Below, piece after piece: positions 56,390 through 64,000 of a DNA stretch of 64,000 nucleotides. The DNA lies in contig OZ024765.1 in NCBI GenBank assembly GCA_964016885.1, forward strand, positions 21,266,001 to 21,330,000, in the 5' to 3' direction. The stretch's first letter is position 1, and each line of letters opens with the position of its first letter. Under the pieces are notes generated by a model. That model saw only the letters and a program-made list of their open reading frames with translations, did no database searches and had not been told where the DNA came from. The position numbers and the translations under genes were made by a program. This DNA comes from Eledone cirrhosa. Taxonomy: Eukaryota.

Positions 56390-56787
56390 CGGAAACTTCG
56401 TCAGATTCTCAACTAGAGAGCTTGTGTGTGACTTCCCAGATTTTCGTGTTAACCACGGCAACCCTGAGTGCTCTCCTGCTTCTGGCTTTGATCTTCTCCT
56501 TCTCGTTGTGTGCCCGGGTGACCAGGAGAACCTCAAAGCCGGGGCCTCAACTTGTGTCATCCCCTCGTCATCCAAAACCAATCCAGTCAACCTCCGCGGA
56601 CACCGGCCGTCGAGTCTTGTCGTCGACGACATCAGCAGCAGCAGCGGCGTCTTCTCGTCACCTAGGGGGTCGTAGGTCAGAACAGCTCTCTCGTGACCCC
56701 CATCAGAGGTCATCGTCATCGGTGTTGACCCCTCGTGGTAGCGGTGGTGGGGTCAGAACTCCTGGAGTCTCATCCGAGGCCCCTTAA
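56390..56787 (+). CDS. ZP-domain protein terminal exon (TM helix and cytoplasmic tail)
   Basis: gtattccag| acceptor, phase 1. Reads (A)ETSSDSQLESLCVTSQIFVLTTATLSALLLLALIFSFSLCARVTRR...EAP*. AATAAA cluster at ~57177-57195. Confidence 0.85.
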
Positions 56788-57288
56788 GCCAGCTATAACA
56801 AAAATAGGGGTCAATTTTCTGGAGGTGTTGGCTTACGGTGAAGTTGCAGATGGAGAATTTGCATAAATTTGCATAAATTTGCTTAAATGAATACATTAAT
56901 TATTTCCAGAGGGTGGGGGAGATTTTGTTAGATTTATCTAATGGAGAATTTGCATAAATGAATACATTAATTTTTTGTCTGAGGGTGGGGGAGAGTTCGT
57001 TAGATTTCTCTAGTAACTAGAGAATTTGCATAAATTTGAATAAATGAACACAATTTTTTTTTGCAAGAGCTGCTGATAGTTTTGATAAAGTTCTCTTGCA
57101 AATAGAAAATTTGCATAAATTTACATAAATTTGCATAAAATACAGAGTAGTGGGGAAGGGGTAACTCCAGCTTTGAATAAATAAATAAATAAATAGTAAT
57201 CTCTGGAACATGTATTGAGTTCTTTTTCTGTCATTTGTTAATCTTAACTAGAAGTGTGAAGCTGAGACATTCATTCATATCCAGAGAA

Positions 57289-57810
57289 GGAGTGACCCTA
57301 CCTAGAGTGACTCTACCTGGAGTGACTCTACCTGGAGTGACCCTACTTGGAGTGACCCTACCTGGAGTGACTATCTGGAGTGGCCCTAACTGAAGTGACC
57401 CTACCTGGAGTGACTCTACCTGGATTGACCCTGCCTGGAGTGACTCTATTTGGAGTGACTCTACCTGGAGTGACCCTACCTGCAGTGACTCTACCTGGAG
57501 TGACTCTACCTGGAGTGACTCTACCTGGAGTGACCCTACCTGGAGTGACTATCTGGAGTGACCCTACCTGGAGTGACTCTACCTGCAGTGACTCTACCTG
57601 GAGTGGCCCTAACTGGAGTGACCCTACCTGGAGTGAATCTACCTGGAGTGGCTCTAACTGGAGTGACTCCCTGATCTCTGAGTTACGCACTCTATTGAGT
57701 AATACCACTCCAAAGACCTCTCCAAGAAGCCACAGTTTCGTTCATTGTATTTGCGATCGTACACTTTCGGACATTAACCAGGATTCATGACCAACGCTAA
57801 CGGCTGATAC
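57289..57810 (-). mobile_element. RTE-like LINE remnant with a 15-bp expansion (GAGTGACTCTACCTG, 57289-57670)
   Basis: RVRNSEIRESLQLEPL remnant; homologous to 47955-48110. Confidence 0.7.
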
Positions 57811-57851
57811 AAACAAAGTGAATTTATTTTAAATATATTTGACAAACCAAA

Positions 57852-60800
57852 GACAGTCTTCCATTAGAAATATGGTAATGAAAGGGTTAATGACATAGGT
57901 AGTGTCTTACATTAGAAATATGGTAATGGAGGGGTTAATGACATAGACAGTGTCTTTCATTAGAAATATGGTAATGAAAGGGTTAATGACATAGACAGTG
58001 TCTTTCATTAGAAATATGGTAATGAAAGGGTTAATGACATAGACAGTGTCTTACATTAGAAATATGGTAATGGAAGGGTTAATGACATAGACAGTGTCTT
58101 TCATTAGAAATATGGTAATGAAAGGGTTAATGACATAGACAGTGTCTTTCATTAGAAATATGTTAACAAAAGGGTTAATGACATAGACAGTGTCTTTCAT
58201 TAGAAATATGGTAATGAAAGGGTTAATGACATAGACAGTGTCTTACATTAGAAATATGGTAATGGAGGGGTTAATGACATAGACAGTGTCTTTCATTAGA
58301 AATATGGTAATGAAAGGGTTAATGACATAGACAGTGTCTTTCATTAGAAATATGGTAACAAAAGGGTTAATGACATAGACAGTGTCTTTCATTAGAAATA
58401 TTGTAATGAAAGGGTTAATGACATAGACAGTGTCTTACATTAGAAATATGGTAATGGAGGGGTTAATGACATAGACAGTGTCTTTCATTAGAAATATGGT
58501 AACAAAAGGGTTAATGACATAGACAGTGTCTTTCATTAGAAATATGGTAATGAAAGGGTTAATGACATAGACAGTGTCTTACATTAGAAATATGGTAATG
58601 AAAGGGTTAATGACATAGACAGTGTCTTTCATTAGAAATAAGGTAATGAAAGGGTTAATGACATAGACAGTGTCTTACATTAGAAATATGGTAATGGAGG
58701 GGTTAATGACATAGACAGTGTCTTTCATTAGAAATATGGTGATGAAAGGGTTAATGACATAGACAGTGTCTTTCATTAGAAATATGGTAATGAAAGGGTT
58801 AATGACATAGACAGTGTCTTTCATTAGAAATATGGTAATGAAAGGGTTAAAGACATAGACAGTGTCTTTCATTAGAAATATGGTAATGAAAGGGTTAATG
58901 ACATAGACAGTGTCTTTCATTAGAAATATGGTAATGAAAGGGTTAAAGACATAGACAGTGTCTTTCATTAGAAATATGGTAATGAAAGGGTTAATGACAT
59001 AGAAACTATGTTTCATTAGAAATATGGTAATGAAAGGGTTAATGACATAGACAGTGTCTTTCATTAGAAATATGGTAATGAAAGGGTTAAAGACATAGAC
59101 AGTGTCTTTCATTAGAAATATGGTAATGAAAGGGTTAATGACATAGACAGTGTCTTCCATTAGAAATATGGTAATGAAAGGGTTAATGACATAGACAGTG
59201 TCTTTCATTAGAAATATGGTAATGAAAGGGTTAATGACATAGACAGTGTCTTCCATTAGAAATATGGTAATGAAAGGGTTAATGACATAGACTGTCTTTC
59301 ATTAGAAATATGGTAATGAAAGGGTTAATGACATAGACAGTGTCTTCCATTAGAAATATGGTAATGAAAGGGTTAATGACATAGACAGTGTCTTTCATTA
59401 GAAATATGGAAATGAAAGGGTTAATGACATAGACAGTGTCTTCCATTAGAAATATGGTAATGAAAGGGTTAATGACATAGACAGTGTCTTTCATTAGAAA
59501 TATGGTAATGAAAGGGTTAATGACATAGACAGTGTCTTCCATTAGAAATATGGTAATGAAAGGGTTAATGACATAGACAGTGTCTTTCATTAGAAATATG
59601 GAAATGAAAGGGTTAAAGACATAGACAGTGTCTTTCATTAGAAATATGGTAATGAAAGGGTTAATGACATAGACAGTGTCTTCCATTAGAAATATGGTAA
59701 TGAAAGGGTTAATGACATAGACAGTGTCTTTCATTAGAAATATGGAAATGAAAGGGTTAATGACATAGACAGTGTCTTTCATTAGAAATATGGAAATGAA
59801 AGGGTTAAAGACATAGACAGTGTCTTTCATTAGAAATATGGTAATGAAAGGGTTAATGACATAGACAGTGTCTTTCATTAGAAATATGGTAATGAAAGGG
59901 TTAATGACATAGACAGTGTCTTTCATTAGAAATATCGTAATGAAAGGGTTAATGACATAGACAGTGTCTTCCATTAGAAATATGGTAATGAAAGGGTTAA
60001 TGACATAGACAGTGTCTTTCATTAGAAATATGGTAATGAAAGGGTTAATGACATAGACAGTGTCTTTCATTAGAAATATGGTAATGAAAGGGTTAATGAC
60101 ATAGACAGTCTCTTTCATTAGAAATATGGTAATGAAAGGGTTAAAGACATAGACAGTGTCTTTCATTAGAAATATGGTAATGAAACGGTTAATGACATAG
60201 ACAATGTCTTTCATTAGAAATATGGTAATGAAAGGGTTAATGACATAGACAGTGTCTTTCATTAGAAATATGGTAATGAAAGGGTTAATGACATAGACAG
60301 TGTCTTTCATTAGAAATATGGTAATGAAAGGGTTAATGACATAGACAGTGTCTTACATTAGAAATATGGTAATGAAAGGGTTAAAGACATAGACAGTGTC
60401 TTACATTAGAAATATGGTAATGAAAGGGTTAAAGACATAGACAGTGTCTTTCATTAGAAATATGGTAATGAAAGGGTTAATGACATAGACAGTGTCTTTC
60501 ATTAGAAATATGTTAATGGAAGGGTTAATGACATAGACAGTGTCTTTCATTAGAAATATGGTAATGGAAGGGATAATGATATAGACAGTGTCTTTCATTA
60601 GAAATATGGTAATGGAAGGGTTAATGACATAGACAGTGTCTTTCATTAGAAATATGGTAATGAAAGGGTTAATGACATAGACAGTGTCTTTCATTAGAAA
60701 TATGGTAATGGAAGGGTTAATGACATAGACAGTGTCTTTCATTAGAAATATGGTAATGGAAGGGTTAATGACATAGACAGTGTCTTACATTAGAAATATG

Positions 60801-63800
60801 GTAATGAAAGGGTTAATGACATAGACAGTGTCTTACATTAGAAATATGGTAATGAAACGGTTAATGACATAGACAGTGTCTTACACTAGAAATATGGTAA
60901 TGAAAGGGTTAAAGACATAGACAGTGTCTTACATTAGAAATATGGTAATGAAAGGGTTAATGACATAGACAGTGTCTTTCATTAGAAATATGGTAATGAA
61001 AGGGTTAATGACATAGACAGTGTCTTTCATTAGAAATATGGTAATGAAAGGGTTAATGACATAGACAGTGTCTTTCATTAGAAATATGGTAATGGAAGGG
61101 TTAATGACATAGACAGTTTCTTTCATTAGAAATATGTTAATGGAAGGGTTAATGATATAGACAGTGTCTTTCATTAGAAATATGGTAATGGAAGGGTTAA
61201 TGACATAGACAGTGTCTTTCATTAGAAATATGGTAATGAAAGGGTTAATGACATAGACAGTGTCTTTCATTAGAAATATGGTAATGGAAGGGTTAATGAC
61301 ATAGACAGTGTCTTTCATTAGAAATATGGTAATGGAAGGGTTAATGACATAGACAGTGTCTTTCATTAGAAATATAGTAATGGAAGGGTTAATGACATAG
61401 ACAGTGTCTTTCATTAGAAATATGGTAATGAAAGGGTTAATGACATAGACAGTGTCTTACATTAGAAATATGGTAATGAAAGGGTTAATGACATAGACAG
61501 TGTCTTACATTAGAAATATGGTAATGAAAGGGTTAAAGACATAGACAGTGTCTTTCATTAGAAATATGGTAATGAAAGGGTTAATGACATAGACAGTGTC
61601 TTTCATTAGAAATATGTTAATGGAAGGGTTAATGACATAGACAGTGTCTTTCATTAGAAATATGGTAATGGAAGGGATAATGATATAGACAGTGTCTTTC
61701 ATTAGAAATATGGTAATGGAAGGGTTAATGACATAGACAGTGTCTTTCATTAGAAATATGGTAATGAAAGGGTTAATGACATAGACAGTGTCTTTCATTA
61801 GAAATATGGTAATGGAAGGGTTAATGACATAGACAGTGTCTTTCATTAGAAATATGGTAATGGAAGGGTTAATGACATAGACAGTGTCTTACATTAGAAA
61901 TATGGTAATGAAAGGGTTAAAGACATAGACAGTGTCTTACATTAGAAATATGGTAATGAAACGGTTAATGACATAGACAGTGTCTTTCATTAGAAATATG
62001 GTAATGAAAGGGTTAATGACATAGACAGTGTCTTACACTAGAAATATGGTAATGAAAGGGTTAAAGACATAGACAGTGTCTTACATTAGAAATATGGTAA
62101 TGAAAGGGTTAATGACATAGACAGTGTCTTTCAGTAGAAATATGGTAATGAAAGGGTTAATGACATAGACAGTGTCTTTCATTAGAAATATGGTAATGGA
62201 AGGGTTAATGACATAGACAGTGTCTTTCATTAGAAATATGGTAATGAAAGGGTTAATGACATAGACAGTGTCTTTCATTAGAAATATGGTAATGGAAGGG
62301 TTAATGACATAGACAGTGTCTTTCATTAGTAATATGGTAATGGAAGGGTTAATGACATAGACAGTGTCTTTCATTAGAAATATGGTAATGGAAGGGTTAA
62401 TGACATAGACAATGTCTTTCATTAGAAATAAGGTAATGAAAGGGTTAATGACATAGACAGTGTCTTTCATTAGAAATAAGGTAATGGAAGGGTTAATGAC
62501 ATAGACAGTGTCTTTCATTAGAAATATGATAATGAAAGGGTTAATGACATAGACAGTGCCTTTCATTAGAAATATGGTAATGAAAGGGTTAATGACAGAC
62601 AGTGTCTTTCATTAGAAATATGGTAATGAAAGGGTTAATGACAGACAGCGTCTTTCATTAGAAATATGGTAATGAAAGGGTTAATGACATAGACAGTGTC
62701 TTTCATTAGAAATATGATAATGGAAGGGTTAAAGACATAGACAGTGTCTTTCATTAGAAATATAGTAATGAAAGGGTTAATGACATAGACAATGTCTTTC
62801 ATTAGAAATATGGTAATGAAAGGGTTAATGACATAGACAGTGTCTTTCATTAGAAATATGGTAATGGAAGGGATAATGATATAGACAGTGTCTTTCATTA
62901 GAAATATGGTAATGAAAGGGTTAATGACATAGACAGTGTCTTTCATTAGAAATATGGTAATGAAAGGGTTAATGACATAGACAGTGTCTTTCATTAGAAA
63001 TATGGTAATGAAAGGGTTAATGACATAGACAGTGTCTTCCATTAGAAATATGGTAATGAAAGGGTTAATGACATAGACAGTGTCTTTCATTAGAAATATG
63101 GTAATGAAAGGGTTAATGACATAGACAGTGTCTTTCATTAGAAATATGGTAATGAAAGGGTTAATGACATAGACAGTCTCTTTCATTAGAAATATGGTAA
63201 TGAAAGGGTTAAAGACATAGACAGTGTCTTTCATTAGAAATATGGTAATGAAACGGTTAATGACATAGACAATGTCTTTCATTAGAAATATGGTAATGAA
63301 AGGGTTAATGACATAGACAGTGTCTTTCATTAGAAATATGGTAATGAAAGGGTTAATGACATAGACAGTGTCTTTCATTAGAAATATGGTAATGAAAGGG
63401 TTAATGACATAGACAGTGTCTTACATTAGAAATATGGTAATGAAAGGGTTAAAGACATAGACAGTGTCTTACATTAGAAATATGGTAATGAAAGGGTTAA
63501 AGACATAGACAGTGTCTTTCATTAGAAATATGGTAATGAAAGGGTTAATGACATAGACAGTGTCTTTCATTAGAAATATGTTAATGGAAGGGTTAATGAC
63601 ATAGACAGTGTCTTTCATTAGAAATATGGTAATGGAAGGGATAATGATATAGACAGTGTCTTTCATTAGAAATATGGTAATGGAAGGGTTAATGACATAG
63701 ACAGTGTCTTTCATTAGAAATATGGTAATGAAAGGGTTAATGACATAGACAGTGTCTTTCATTAGAAATATGGTAATGGAAGGGTTAATGACATAGACAG

Positions 63801-64000
63801 TGTCTTTCATTAGAAATATGGTAATGGAAGGGTTAATGACATAGACAGTGTCTTACATTAGAAATATGGTAATGAAAGGGTTAATGACATAGACAGTGTC
63901 TTACATTAGAAATATGGTAATGAAACGGTTAATGACATAGACAGTGTCTTACACTAGAAATATGGTAATGAAAGGGTTAAAGACATAGACAGTGTCTTAC
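57852..64000. repeat. 48-bp satellite (>125 copies, runs off the window end) with higher-order duplications
   Basis: Unit ACAGTGTCTTTCATTAGAAATATGGTAATGAAAGGGTTAATGACATAG; identical translated blocks at 60401, 61505 and 63469. Confidence 0.98.

Noticed and set aside
56303-56719. Minus-strand 138-aa ORF
   Set aside because: Antisense shadow of the GC-rich terminal exon.

Overview
AT-rich, microsatellite-saturated animal genomic DNA. The repeat repertoire suggests a cephalopod (octopus-like) genome; this is inference. Almost all ORFs in the supplied track are artefacts of (TA)n/(CA)n repeats. One host gene can be assembled by hand on the + strand: five phase-compatible exons (1401-1534, 34161-34245, 45982-46150, 53998-54121, 56390-56787) encode the C-terminal ~300 aa of a single-pass ZP (zona pellucida)-domain protein with an RFKR furin site. 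Its introns contain a near-intact Penelope-like element, CR1-like, Tx1/L1-like and RTE LINE remnants, tRNA-derived SINEs, a Helitron-like element, mariner- and piggyBac-type non-autonomous elements, and TE-derived satellites. Three observations stand out. (1) The Penelope element has an upstream coiled-coil ORF joined to its RT/GIY-YIG ORF by an in-frame U_UUU_UUA slippery site, suggesting gag-pol-like -1 frameshifting. (2) More than a dozen hammerhead-ribozyme motifs from about ten sequence families sit in (TA)n tracts, often inside long hairpins. (3) An 83-bp tandem array reiterates the host exon's 3' splice site about 17 times, and every upstream copy leads to an in-frame stop. Everything was read by eye, with no alignments or folding runs.
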